DNA of 55,016 bases, the filler included, from Thelocarpon superellum (Eukaryota), in the NCBI GenBank assembly GCA_026025795.1. It is 2 parts of 2 records of this genome, joined end to end, with 100 filler letters (N's around TTAATTAATTAA, not from the genome) between each part and the next. Parts side by side here need not be neighbours in the genome. Positions count along the whole stretch, not along the records: positions 27,610 to 55,016 come from JAPEUG010000246.1; 1 more part is not named here. The stretch is one strand, 5' to 3'. Below are positions 28,239-40,639 of the stretch, piece by piece. Made by a program: the position numbers and the translations under genes. The notes beneath the pieces were generated by a model. The model made no database searches. It worked only from the letters and a program-made list of their open reading frames with translations, and was not told the origin of the DNA. Within the stretch, counting starts at the first letter, position 1. Every line of letters starts with the position of its first letter.

Positions 28239-30121
28239 CTAGTAGTGACGAGAGCCGAGGCTACTACGTCCCGTCGTGGATTGCATGTCGATGAAGCGGG
28301 CCCAGGTGTTGGTCAGGACCATGTATTTGACGGAGCGCTCGGCGCGGTCGAACAGCGTGGCGTTGAAGCCTGGGGGAAAGACACCGATGGAGGAGAACGA
28401 GGAGGTGAGTTCGATGCCGTGTCCCATGATTGGTTCAGGCGTGGGGTTGCATAGCTGGCGCGGCTCCCAGGGCGTCACGTCGTCGAAGGGCGCCACCACA
28501 TTCGAGAGCGCGGGCGAGGTCGAACGGCTGGTGCCGAGGACGATTTCCAGGTCGGTGTAGATGCGGCTCTCGATATTGATGGGGAAGGGAGCCGTCTGCA
28601 TACTGACCACCGTGGTGAAGATCTCACGGGCTTCGTCCAGGAGCTGATACTGAGCCTCGAGGCCGACGAATCCGTTGCTCGTCGCCTGCACCCAGGAATC
28701 TTTCCACTGTCGCACGCGCGTCAGGAAGATGATGTTTTCGCCGGTAAACTCGCGCGTCGCCGCGTATTCCAGAAGCTCGCCCGGGCTGGTCTGGAGAGCT
28801 CGCTCCAGCGCTTGCATGTTGTACCGGTCCGATCGGTCCGATCGGGGGGTACTGTCGCTTGGGGCAACCGAGATGTTTCGCGCCGAAGTAGAAGAGGCCG
28901 AATCGGAACCATGTTGGTACTTCTCCCACTCGCTGATGGCCGTCAGAGCCGTCTGGTGCGACTTGCTCGACTGATAGACTTCCAGCAGGGGAAAGAAGAT
29001 CAAGATAAACTCCATCATCATCAGACCAGGTGCAAACCTGTCATGATCAGCGACTGTCGCAGCAAAATTTTCCCGCGGTACCGAACACATACCACATGGC
29101 CGGCGGCCACCACAGATTGATCTCAGCGAAGGCATCATTGTACACGGAGGCAAGCCACATGATGGGTCCCGGGAAGCTGTCGCCATCTCGTTAGCTCTGT
29201 GATTGTTCAGCAGTGCGCTGCGGCCTACCTGGCAAGAATTGCGAGACTAGTTTGGAGTCTCCATCGGTGAGTGTCGCGAATGTCCTGGATCTTGACGAGG
29301 ATGAACGGGCCGAAGAGATAGGTCCAGGTCAATTGCCAGAGGATCGAGGGGAACCTGGACATGTCAATACCAAGGAGTCAGGAAGCGCGATGACCGACGT
29401 ACCATTCCCATCCTCTGCGACACATACCCGGGCCCTCATACGCCCCGGTAATGCCAAAGGAGCCGTGGAACTTGCGGGACACGAAGAAGATGACGGTGGT
29501 CATGATGGTCTGAGAGAGAGTCTCGCGTTAGTGGGAGTCAGGAGAGCTCCGTGAGTGTTGACGAACCTGGAGGACGGCAAGGATGGCGATGACGACGAAC
29601 GTCTTGTGGAGCACAGTCAGAATCATCCATCGCTTCCAGAGACCCCGGAGATCTCTCTTCCACGCCGGGGACTTTCTCGGTTTCCCAACCGCCCCGAACA
29701 GCATGCGTGACTGCTGGTAGCTAAGGCTAAGCAGTTGCACGTTCTGCCTCGCTCGTCAGCGGGCTAGTCTGGCAGGAGGGAACTCAAGACCACGTACCTG
29801 AGCCTGGAAGAGAGCGATGCCGAGGGGGAACTGAATGCTCATGATCCAGAACTCTAGATCACACGGGAAGGCGCCATTGATGGGGTACTGCAGCAAGACG
29901 ATCACCAGGTAGACGTGGATGGTTAGAATGGCCGCGGTGACCATGCAGGCATTGCGCATCCGCACAAAATCGACGTGACGGTGCAAGAGGAAGAAGGTCA
30001 GGCCGACAAGGAGCAAGAAGGTCCACACGATACAGAAGCCCATGTACAGGGTCCCGAGGACGTCAAGATTGGGCTCGCCCAGGTCATGACCCGAATGACG
30101 ACGAGTCACGGCGGTCTCCAT
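28239..30121 (-). CDS. gprK: 7-transmembrane receptor with C-terminal RGS domain (GprK-like fungal GPCR)
   Basis: TM region FVRMRN...IHVYLV...FPCDLEFWIMSIQFPLGIALFQ...CRRGWEWFPSILWQ...DTHRWRLQT. RGS domain YAATREFTGENIIFL...APFPINIESRIY...FDRAERSVKYMVLTNTWARF. Six exons with canonical introns. Confidence 0.9.
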
Positions 30122-31823
30122 CGTGACGAGGAGACTTAGCAGCACCGACGAGAGAGACGATGAGGCCAATTGCACCGTATGAGACGGACGATCTGGGCGA
30201 GGAAGAGGCAGAAGCGCCGGGGAGCGTGGGTAGGAAGGCGGAACGAGGCCAGGTAGGCAGGGCAAGGGCGGATAGAGACAGAAGAGGCGTTGTTGTGATG
30301 GTTTTGGAAGTGCGAGAAGATGAGAGGAAAACAAAGTGGGACGCAACGTGAAGGCGTAACGTCGACGACTCATCACGCCCCATCGATCTCGATATGGGCG
30401 TTGACGTGGAAGTGGTCGTGACTATGACAGGGAGCGGGGTGGATGGGTGAATATGTGTAGGGAGAAGCATCGTCACCACGGCGGTGATGTCTCGAGGTGA
30501 GCGGAGGAACCCTTGCGGCCATTCACCTGGGGCGGACGACGATCCGCTCGAGCATGAGGTCGGACATCACACAGCCTGCATCACCCTCACCTTGTGGGCC
30601 CACCTCGTTTTTATGCTATCGCGTTGCGGGACAGCGATCGTGCGGTGAAGTGGAATCACGATGAGAAAAAGTTCTAGACCTCTGCAATTCACGGCCTCCA
30701 CCATGCAAGTGACGAGTTTTCATACAGCTCCGGTGTGCCATTCCGCACGGCTCTCCGCAGCCATTCACGATGGTCCATGCCCTGTGCATCTGGCCCAGGA
30801 CACCGGGTCGCTCTGGCCACTCCTCTTGGCTTCTTCGCCGAAGGCTTGACCAGAGACGGTGTAAAGATCCTATGCAGCTGCACTGGGCCTATCCTGACGG
30901 GTGGCGGCGACGAGTCCCTTCAACGGGCCCGAGGACTGCTGGCATGGGAACGCGTTTCGGACAGCAACAGCCAACAGTGCAGCCAGCGGCAGGCAGCTAG
31001 TAATCAGCCACCTGCCGATGTCAGTCCTATCCCACGGTCATCGGCTCGAATCATGATCGATGTTGAATTTGATGCATTTGGTTGCACGCCCTTCTGGATG
31101 CGTGCATCACGCCCGTCCGTCATGCACGAGTCCGAAGCTCGGGTGCGGAGTCAAAGAAATGGCGACGGACAGTTCTGTGTAGGCACACGACACGGCAAGA
31201 CTGTAGGGAGTCCAGAGTGGAAGTACGTAGCACCGAGCCTTGACTGAACGGTCCAGGCCATCTGACCGCAGGACGTCGCTCAGGCTTGGATGACATTGGC
31301 GACATGTTGACGCGCAGCCTAGCACATAATGGTCAGGTGCATTTACAGAATGAATGAGCGCATCAGGTGTATCCGTTGACCACGTCGGAGGTCGACCCTA
31401 AATGCAGCGGAACCCTGCGGAACAACGGAAATACCTATGGCCCATAAGAAAGCGGGATGACGAAGATGTTACCTCGCGGCACTGCATGACTTCACCCGTT
31501 ACGAGTAACCCGGATCAACGAGCTCGCCACCAATGAGACGGAGCCGGAGCCGACGAAGGTGGATCCCTACTACGGTATCTGTTACTAACAGACCGTCTGC
31601 CGGGCGACGTCAGGCTCAAGCAGGGTCATGGTGGCTTGGTGGGGAGGCGGGGAGGGATTGATCCGTGGCATTCACGACGTGGTTGAAGCTCACTTTCATC
31701 GGATCCCCCGCTCCTCGTCTGAGCGAGCGTCACACGTAACATTCTTCGAGACTTTGCATCTCCATCTCGCAGTCCCAGTTCTTCAAGGATCTCTTCAGGA
31801 GCAATTCATGCCAGTTGCCCACA

Positions 31824-32855
31824 ATGTGTCGCTGGTTTGCGTATGTCTCTGAGAGCGAGGAATGCCTGCTGGACGACGTGCTGGTTCGACCGGCACATTC
31901 GCTGTCGAAGCAGGTCCATGACCACTACCTGCCCAAGCTCCTCTCCCATAGCCTCGACCCCTCCCAAGATACCACGGCGCAGGAGATCACGGTGCGCAAT
32001 CGTCTGTTCAACATCGACGGACTGGGCGTGGCCTGGTACACCGACGCAGCCGAGGAATTCGGGGCGGTCAGCGGCCAACGTCCAGCCCTCTACAAGACTA
32101 TCCAGGCGCCGCTCAACGACCTGAATTTCCGCAGCATCTGCGCCAACACGCGGTCCAAAGTCTGCTTCGCGCACATCCGCGCGGCCACGTCGACTGCCAC
32201 GACGCCAGTGAACAACCATCCGTTCGTGTTCGGGCGGCACACGCTGATGCACAATGGCTACATCTCCGACTTTGTCGAGATCAAACGCGAGCTGTGCCTG
32301 CTGCTGAATGACGATGTGGCCGCCAGCATCCGTGGCTCGACGGACTCGGAGCACTTCGCCGCGCTCTACATGACCCACCTGACGCAGGGCAAAGGTAGCG
32401 CGAGCTGGGAAGAGCAGTACACCACGGCGCAGATGCACACGGCTCTCGAGCACACTGTGGCTAGCATCGTCGAGCTCCAACACGAGAAACTTGGCGCCCG
32501 GGCCCAGCCCAGCGACCTCAACGTCGCCACGACCGACGGCTCACGCCTGGTGGCGATTCGCTTCCGCAACCACGAGCATACGCAGCCGCCGTCCTTGTAC
32601 TTTTCCACCACGGCCGGAGTCACCTTGAATCGCAAGTACCCGGATCATCCTGACGGCAAGGCCAACCCATCCCCGGCACGCGCGGCCAAGGATCACGGCA
32701 GCCATATCATCGTGGCGTCGGAGCCGTCGACATATCATGACAAAGACTGGACGCTGATCGAAAAGAATCAGTCCGTCCTGGTCGAGACGGACGGCGGCGT
32801 TCGTCTCAGCCAGATCGACTACCCGCGCGACTACGCGGTGCGTCCGAAAGAGTGA
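31824..32855 (+). CDS. Class II (Ntn) glutamine amidotransferase, DUG3/EgtC-like
   Basis: MCRWFAY (catalytic Cys2), NIDGLGVAWY, FAHIRAAT, NNHPFVFGR, MHNG, GSTDSEH and IVASEP. Intronless. Confidence 0.9.
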   Translation: MCRWFAYVSESEECLLDDVLVRPAHSLSKQVHDHYLPKLLSHSLDPSQDTTAQEITVRNRLFNIDGLGVAWYTDAAEEFGAVSGQRPALYKTIQAPLNDLNFRSICANTRSKVCFAHIRAATSTATTPVNNHPFVFGRHTLMHNGYISDFVEIKRELCLLLNDDVAASIRGSTDSEHFAALYMTHLTQGKGSASWEEQYTTAQMHTALEHTVASIVELQHEKLGARAQPSDLNVATTDGSRLVAIRFRNHEHTQPPSLYFSTTAGVTLNRKYPDHPDGKANPSPARAAKDHGSHIIVASEPSTYHDKDWTLIEKNQSVLVETDGGVRLSQIDYPRDYAVRPKE

Positions 32856-33011
32856 GGTGTAGGATCAAGATCACCATAGCATGAAGGCACGGAGGGCGCC
32901 TCAAATTGAACCAGAACGAGCATACTTCCATTCTCGCGCTAACCCGTGCGCCGTGATGATACACCAACCTCAAACCCTGGGAATCTCAAGCCCGCGCCAA
33001 GCGTGGGTGCT

Positions 33012-33763
33012 TCACATCAGCTCTTCGCACGTCCAGTCTTCATACCTGCGAGTGGGTTAGCTTGAGATCGCTGCTGTCCTGACCGGAGCATCACGTGCCA
33101 GCCATCGGGGAGATATCTCCGCACAACCAGGGGAATCTTCTTCTCCCGTAGTTCCTTGATGGCGATCTGCAGCGGGTCGGTCTCGCCCTCGAGATCCACC
33201 AGGACCGGGGCATTCATACTAGTGGATGGCCGAGTCAGCCATGCGAGCCAGCGTCATATTGTGACGATGCCCATGCCCACCTGATCTGTAGCGCTCTGGT
33301 GCCGAGCACGCGTGCTCTCTCGTACTTGGTCATGTAGGGTGTGGTGGATCGCTGGTCGTCTGGGATTCGCTTCTCTCGGATGCCCACTACCGCGCCCTTC
33401 TTCTTGGCCACCGCGGCGCTGGGATCCAAGATCTCGGTTCCGTTGGCCGCATTCTCGCCCACCGGCACACGCGCATCGGGGTCCTCGCCCGCCGGTTCAC
33501 CATTCTGGTCGCGGGTGGGGTCTTGATCGAGGTCGTCAGGATCGATCGGCTCATCTGAGTCGATGGCGGGCTCATAGGGATCCTCGAAGCTGTGGGTCAC
33601 CGCGATCAGCAATCAAACGTCAAGCATGAAAGCAATCGTCCATCCAGAGCACGGGGGGTGAGTGGGGTGGGGTCAAGCATCGGATGGCCGGTGGTGGATC
33701 TGCAGCACGTTGGAGCCTGACTTACTCATCTTCTCCACCGTCATCTCCGCCGTAGTCGGACAT
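33012..33763 (-). CDS. RPB6: RNA polymerases I/II/III common subunit RPABC2 (Rpb6/Rpo26)
   Basis: [83 protein letters not shown]. Three introns, the last GC-AG. Confidence 0.97.
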
Positions 33764-34043
33764 TTAGAGCTGACTCCGGAGCGAATGCACAGATGACTGT
33801 TGCGTCCGAGCCGTGCACTGATCTGTTCAAGACCTGAGTAGATCGTTGGGATCGTGCCCAGTCCACGATTTCATGAAGGAAATTCATAGCTGGAGGGTTG
33901 CTTATGTCATCATTAGACTTGCCCACACTGGACGCTTCGGCTTGACGCCAAGAGTTCGCGCCGTTGCGCACACTGATAAGTTTGGATGGAAAGATGAAGA
34001 CTTTCCATCGTGTCTCCAGTGGCGGTGATGTGACTTCTGCGAC

Positions 34044-35746
34044 ATGGCGTCCAAGATGGTGACAGCCTTTGAGTCGTTGACTACGGCGGAGTCAACGAAG
34101 AAGCGCAAGTGGGAAGACGACCATGGCTTTCCAAGGTCCATGCCATCTCCAGGTACGTGGGAATATTGAGAGCCCTGCTGTCATTCGTTCTGGAGGCCTT
34201 CCTTGGAGCTCACTGTCCACAGCGTCCATCGGATCAGACGCCGCAGGAATGGATCTATCACCATCCGACCCGGCCTCTTTACCTACTACTCCTCTCACCC
34301 CCTTTTCACCCCGACGAAAATACCCTTCAGAGGAGAAGGTGCACCATTGCCCCCACACGGACTGCAATAAATCTTTCAATCGCCCTGCACGATTGGTGGA
34401 ACATCTACGATCGCATACCAACGACCGACCCTTTCGCTGTAGCCAGGAAGACTGTACCAAGACCTTTCTTCGAGAGACTCACCTCAGCCACCATGTCAAG
34501 AGCGCACATACCACGATCCGCGAGCATGAATGCCAATGGAGCGACTGCGGCAAGAAGTTCTTGACCGCCACGCGCCTCCGGAGACACCAAGCCGTACACG
34601 AAGGGCAAGAGAAACACCGATGCACCACGTACCCACCCTGCAACGAGAGCTTCCGCAAACACGCCACCCTCCAACGACACATCACTTCGGTGCACCTCCA
34701 GCAGAAAGCCTTTCCATGCACTCACGTCGATCCCCTCACCCTGAAGCCATGCACCCAGGCATTCGATACTCCATCGCGTTTGCGAAGCCACGAGGGAAGA
34801 ATACATGGAGGGCTGCGCTTTTGGTGTACCGACTGCATGCCAGATGCCACGTCCGAGGGCGGCCACCGCGGCATCGGCTTCCCCACCTATACCCTCCTTC
34901 AAGAGCACCTCCGCCACGTCCATCCGCCGACCTGCAGCACATGCCACCAGGCATGCACGACGCAGCGAGAGCTACGACGCCACATCGAACTACAGCACGG
35001 CTCACCGTCCGCCACTCCCAGCAAGCTTTACCCGTGCCCCATCGCCTCATGCGGCCGCCACTTCACCAAATCCTACAACCTCTCCGTGCACACGCGCACA
35101 GTCCACGAAGGCGAAAAGCGCTTCATCTGCGGCACAACGGATCTCCGGTCCTCCACCACCCCCGACCTCTCCTCCTGGACGGGCCAGAATGCATGCGGGA
35201 GGGGATTCAAGACCAAGAGCTCGCTCGAATCGCACGTGCGCACGCAACATCTGGCGCTCAAGCCCAAACGAGGCAACGATTCCAAACCGACCCTGTCCAC
35301 CCTCCTCACGGGATCCAAATCCAAATCCGCATCCGCATCCGCATCCGCATCGACGTTTGCGCTCCGTGGTGGAAATATTCCATGCCGCGTCCCAGGCTGC
35401 TCGCACCGCTTCGCGCGCCAATACGACGTGGAAGTACACCTCCAGACACGCCACGGGATCCTGGACGATGGAAGTCGAAGCATTTCCTACTTCGAGGCGG
35501 AACAGAGCAGGGACGAGGGAGGCGCGAGAGATCACGGCGAGTACGAAAGATACGAAAGCACGGAGATGGAGGTGGACGGGGAGGTGGACGGCAGAGAAGC
35601 ATTCGAGGATGCATTCGATGCCTATGTCGATCTTGAGGCCCGAATGGAGTTGAATGCCGCGGCGGGGGGAGAGTTCTGGATTGGTGGTGGTGAGAAGGTT
35701 GAGGAAGAGGAGGAGGAAGAGGGTGACGGAGATGAAGACGGCGATG

Positions 35747-35799
<53 letters not shown>

Positions 35800-35814
35800 C
35801 GCATGGCTCACTAG
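34044..35814 (+). CDS. PZF1: Transcription factor IIIA (ten C2H2 zinc fingers, acidic tail)
   Basis: Exon 1 34044-34152 (KKRKW), intron 34153-34222 (GTACGT...CAG). Ten C2H2 fingers from CPHTDCNKSFNRPARLVEHLRSHTNDRPF onward, with a spacer before the last finger. Divergent from RPB6 as in yeast. Confidence 0.9.
35748..35799 (+). repeat. Coding (GAGGAC)n microsatellite giving the ED-repeat tail of TFIIIA
   Basis: Visible tandem GAGGAC units. Confidence 0.85.
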
Positions 35815-35863
35815 ATACCAACAAACGTGTGGCTTTTCCTACCTGCAGACCCTCCCTACCTAC

Positions 35864-38815
35864 TCAAGACCGCGTTGCTGGACTCCCTGCTGCCGCTGCC
35901 GCTGCCGCTGTCCCTTGGCCCCCCGCCACCGCTCCCGTTCCCGTTCCCGCCCCGCCCGCCGTCGCCGCAGCGGCCGTAGACATGGAAGTGCTCGTTGATG
36001 CGGCCGTGGCAATGGACGAAGTCGAGCCGCCTGCTCCTATTCCGCCTCCTATCCCTATGCCTCCCCCTCCTCCGCCCATACTAATGCCGATGCCCTTCGG
36101 TCCGGTCCCCAATCCCGTCAGCGGAGATGTCGTCGTCGCCATCGTCGTCAACGTAGCGCTCGTCGTGACTGGCGCTCCGGCTGTCCCTCCCGTATCCACA
36201 TCAGGATGGGACACCGCGCCAAGCGTCACGACGGCGGGTTTGGCAGCACCATCGGCGCTGCTGTCCCGAAGGCGGAAAAAGGCCAACTTCGCGAACCGGC
36301 CAACGCCGGCCCAGAAATGCCGTCCGGCTTCGCTTTCGCGGATGCGTTCCAGTAGCCCCACCACCGCCTCGCGCACGGCCTTGTCCGGGTGGAAGAGTCC
36401 CAGCGCGATGTAGAATAGCCCTGCGTGCGACTCCGGCGTGACTGTCAACAGCTGGTTGACTGCTGCAGGCGTCGTGACTTGTGATGCTAGCACGTTGAAG
36501 ATCGCGCCGGAGTGTGCGGTGGAGAGTTTACGCGTGCGCAAGAGGTCGTGTAGATGGTGTAGGTCGATCGTCTTGATCGGACGCGCGTTGTACAGCTGCG
36601 CGAGATCCTGTGGAGGCCCGTGGTGTTAGGGGGTGAGGTACAGAGAAGCAGCCGCGTGGGTGACCTTACCTGGATGAAGCTGTAATAGCTCCGCGTGTTG
36701 CGCCAGCCTTCGATCCGATTCACCGCCCCTGCCAATTCCCGCTGCCGTGCGTTTTCGTCGCTCCAGACGTAGCCATGTCCATTCACGCCGTTCCCGCTGG
36801 CATCCGACTCCTCGCCCCCAATGTAGAGGGCACTGGCCCCGTACACCGACTCTTCAAATGCCGCTGCGATCCGCGTGAACTTTACCACCCAGTCCCGCCA
36901 CTTGGCTCGAATCACGGCCTCTCCATGGCGGCTGGCAATGCTCCGCAAGATATCATCCATAAAGGCCTGGTCGCCCGTTGCATCGTTCGTGTTCGATCCA
37001 AACGGCGTGCTCGAGGCCGACGAGTGCAGCGCATTCTGCTGCTGAAAATTCACCAGCCCCTCCGTGACTGGCGCCGCCTCGATCCGGTTGCTGATCTTCA
37101 TGCGACCTGTCGGGATGTCGCAGAGTAGATCCCACCACTCAGGATGATTGGCAAAGGCCGGGTTCGTCACGCCCGCGATGAAGCCCGGCACCTTAAGGAG
37201 ATCATCGATCTTGCTCAGATCCGTGTAGGGGAAGGCGTGGCGCGTGAAACCTCGCAGCACGCCTCCCGAGGCGAGCGCACACGCCGCTAGCACTGCCTCG
37301 GCCACCTCGCCGGACGGGCGATTATGACCGAGGAAGATGACCCGCTTCTGCGTGAGCATGGCATTGACGAGGACGATGACGGGATGGGTGTACGCTCCGC
37401 CGGTGGTGAGATGCGAATGCAGCATGAAGGGTTGGGCATCCTTGGAGTGAGGCCCAGAGAACGCTTGGATGAGCTTGATGAGAGAGAAGTCGCCCACCGT
37501 CTCGGGCGAGACGGCTGTGGGCACTTTGATCGGGATCGGGATGCCATTGTACACCACCCGCGTCTCAAACTCGTGGGTGTCGCGCGGGACAATATAGGTA
37601 GGCTGGCTGGGCGTGGGGCTTCCATCGCCGATCTTCCGGGGTTCCGTATCGGCTGACTCGTCCTTTTGGGTCTCCGCCATGCGTTGTCGGATCATTTGCT
37701 CAAATTTCTCAACAAACATGTCTTTCGTGTCGCTGGACTGGAGGATCTGTCGTTCCAGCACGTTGAGCCGGGGCATGAGCGAGAGATCCATTGAGTTCAC
37801 GGCGTCGTAGAGACTCTTCAACGTCTCGGGATATGGCGATCGAAAGTACTCTTCCAACGCTAAAAGCAGAAGAGGCTGTGCCGCTGTCAGCAATGATCCT
37901 GCGCCCGCGACGTCTCGGCGATTCGGAGACAGATTCTGCCTCACTCACTTTGTAGATATGTAGAAATGAATGTCGAGTGCAGATGGCCATGGCCTTGACC
38001 ACTGCTCCACTGGAAGAGCCACTGCGTCAGCCAAATCGTCCGGTGATCAGGGGAGAGCACGGATCCTACCGTTTTGCAGTCGTATCCTGCTTGGTGTTGA
38101 CCAAATTCAAGACGTAGATCAATGGCGGTCCCTCGCCTCCTTCAGCCTCGTCGTCATCGTGATCATCCTCGCCATCATCGCGCTCGCGTCGGGGACCAGC
38201 ATCGTCTCGGTCGTCATGTTCCGGACGAGCCCCACGCGACTCCGCGCCGTCGTCATCGGGGCCGTTGGAGGTCTTTCCCTCGTGCTCGTCGCCACTGTCG
38301 TCATCGGGCGTGGCATCTTTGTGCAGGAAGAAAATGGTCCAGTCTTGGTTCCGCACGTGGGCTTGATCGGGCAACATCAACTCGGCGAGCATATGCTCGT
38401 CGCCGCTGATGGCCCCAGGATATTGATGCTCCATGATAGGACCCCGGTCGATGTGAAATGCGGCCACGAGAATGTACTCGACGTGGTTCTCCTCGCCGTC
38501 GCGGGGATACTGCGACCTGAGCCGCCGTCGCTTCTTCCGCGAGCCATTGAGCGCGGGGGCTCGCATGGAGAGGGTGGAGGAATGTAGGGACGACACGGCA
38601 CTCGAGGGCGTCTTGGAGCTTCCGTCGGAGCTTCGATAAGGTTCGAAGAGCGGAGGATTCGGTGCTCGTGATCCGGCTCGTGGGCGAGACAACGACATGG
38701 ACGACGGCGTCCGGGAGTTAGGGAAGGAGGACAGCGAGGTGGTCCGATGGACGGGTCCACTATCGAGCGGCGCGGCGCCATTGGGCGATTGGCGATAAGG
38801 GAGGGTCGACGCCAT
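35864..38815 (-). CDS. mesA: MesA/Afi1 polarity-axis stabilisation protein (Afi1 N-terminal + SPA, DENN-like)
   Basis: [77 protein letters not shown] and [25 protein letters not shown]. Three canonical introns; Gly/Ala/Thr tail. Confidence 0.9.
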
Positions 38816-39711
38816 GGTCGGCACAATGAAGGGGAAGACTCGTCAACTCATCAAGTCATCGCGGGGCTGATGTGCGTGTGCGTGTGCGTGTGCGTGCCGA
38901 GCCAAGACAGCGGGTGGGCACTACATCAAGCAGTCTGGACAGGTCTAAAGCCGTCAGGAGGGTGAATGGTCACTGGGCACAGGAGCCAGGGTGATCGGGG
39001 ATCGACGATCGGAAATGGACCGGGCAGAGCACACATTGGACTCACATCAACCGCTGCGAGGACGCACCAACGAGAGAGGTCAAGCAATGACCGTCCCGGC
39101 GCCCCGAGCGGCCCAGCGGCAGAAAGGAGCCGCAGCACCAGTGATCCCCTACGCCACTGAACTGGACCGAAGACAGCGAGAAGGACTCTAAAGAGACTAA
39201 GACTCCGACAACGACGATTGTTCCTTACCCCACGACCTCCTGAATTCATCCACGGAGTGATCCCCAGCCTATGCAGCGTCTAAGCACCGAAGCTAAGCCG
39301 CAGGTAGTCAGCGGCAGGACTGGACGGTCATTTGTCCGTGCGTTTCGCTAACGGAGTCTAGACGACGCCTGATGGCTGGCGAGCAACGGGCATGTCACCG
39401 GAACTTAGCGACAGGAGAAACGAGAACCGACGCTTATGTCAGGCCCCATGTAGTGGGGCAACCCCATCGATTGAACGGCCGTATCCCTGATAGGCAATCT
39501 GTTTACATAAGGCTCCAACTGTATTAGATTAGACGTCGCCAAACGCCTTGTGGATCACATCACGATCACCCCTTCATCCCCTCATTGTTCTGTTGCGACC
39601 ATTTCTACAGCAGGAAATACATCGATAGTTGTCATCCTGCAGTGCGACATTGCTTCATCCCCCGCGTGAGAGACCCTCGGATCCCGGGCGCAGCGCGCTA
39701 CCGCCGCGCTC

Positions 39712-40639
39712 ATGGTACGGCATCATCCCGCGCCGGGCCACGAAGAACCCAACTAATGTACCTCAGTCTGTCGCATCGACATACAAACCCTCGCCCCTCT
39801 CCTTCGGCTCGCCACGGTCGTCGCCCTTTCGTCGTCCCGAGTCCCCCGCGTCGCCGTCGACTGTGCGCGCCGCCAACGCGACGACATCACCGACCAAGCC
39901 GCAGACGCCGCTTCAGTCGCCCACGAGAGGCAACACGGCATCGTGGACGCCTCGCGGACTCGCTACATCCGATACTCGGCAGGTCTCGGCGCCCGGGAGT
40001 CCCACGCGGGACCTGGCGAGTACGAGTCGAGCGTCCGCCGGCCAGGGCACGACGTTGAGCCAATTGAGCGCTCCACAGGTTCGAGAGCTGAGAGAAGCGT
40101 TCCAGCTGCTTGACCGCAACAGCGATGGGGTCGTCGAGCGTGACGACGTGGTCTACATGCTCAACAACCTTGGTGAGGATTGTCCTCCATCCGCAGGCGA
40201 CGGAACTGGCTAAGACGTGACTGTGCCAGGGCAAGATGCTACCCCGGCGAACGTCGCTGCCTTCTTCCCAGCCGGAAGCGCCTCGACGCTCTCGCTGCCA
40301 CAATATCTGACTCACCTTTCCGCACTACTGGCGCCGCTATCCCCGCCCGAGGAGCTCCTCTCAGCCTTCGCCGCCTTCGACGAGGACGACGGTGGCAAGA
40401 TCGACCGGGCCGAGCTGCAAGAGGCCTTGCTGCACACCGCCCCCGACTTACCCGACGGCGGGCGACCATTGAGCGAGCGCGAGATCGACAAAGCTTTGAG
40501 CAGCTTCACGGCCCGGAAGATGTTTGGGAGACAGGGCGGTGGACGGGGAGACACCTTCAACTACCATGACTTCCTAGCGGCTGTCAGTGGCAAAGGCGCT
40601 ACGGAAGATGAGGGGGCCCAGGAAAGCAAGTCGAGATGA
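39712..40639 (+). CDS. rlc1: EF-hand myosin II regulatory light chain-like protein with Ser/Pro-rich N-extension
   Basis: ATG|intron 39715-39766|SVASTYKPSPLSFGSPRSSPFRR, then LSQLSAPQVRELREAFQLLDRNSDG, intron 40173-40229, ELLSAFAAFDEDDGGKID and FNYHDFL. Confidence 0.8.

Noticed and set aside
34530..35824. Long alternative-frame and antisense ORFs over TFIIIA (likewise over TOM70, TAF5 and the FHA gene)
   Set aside because: Expected shadow ORFs in GC-rich coding DNA; no motifs.
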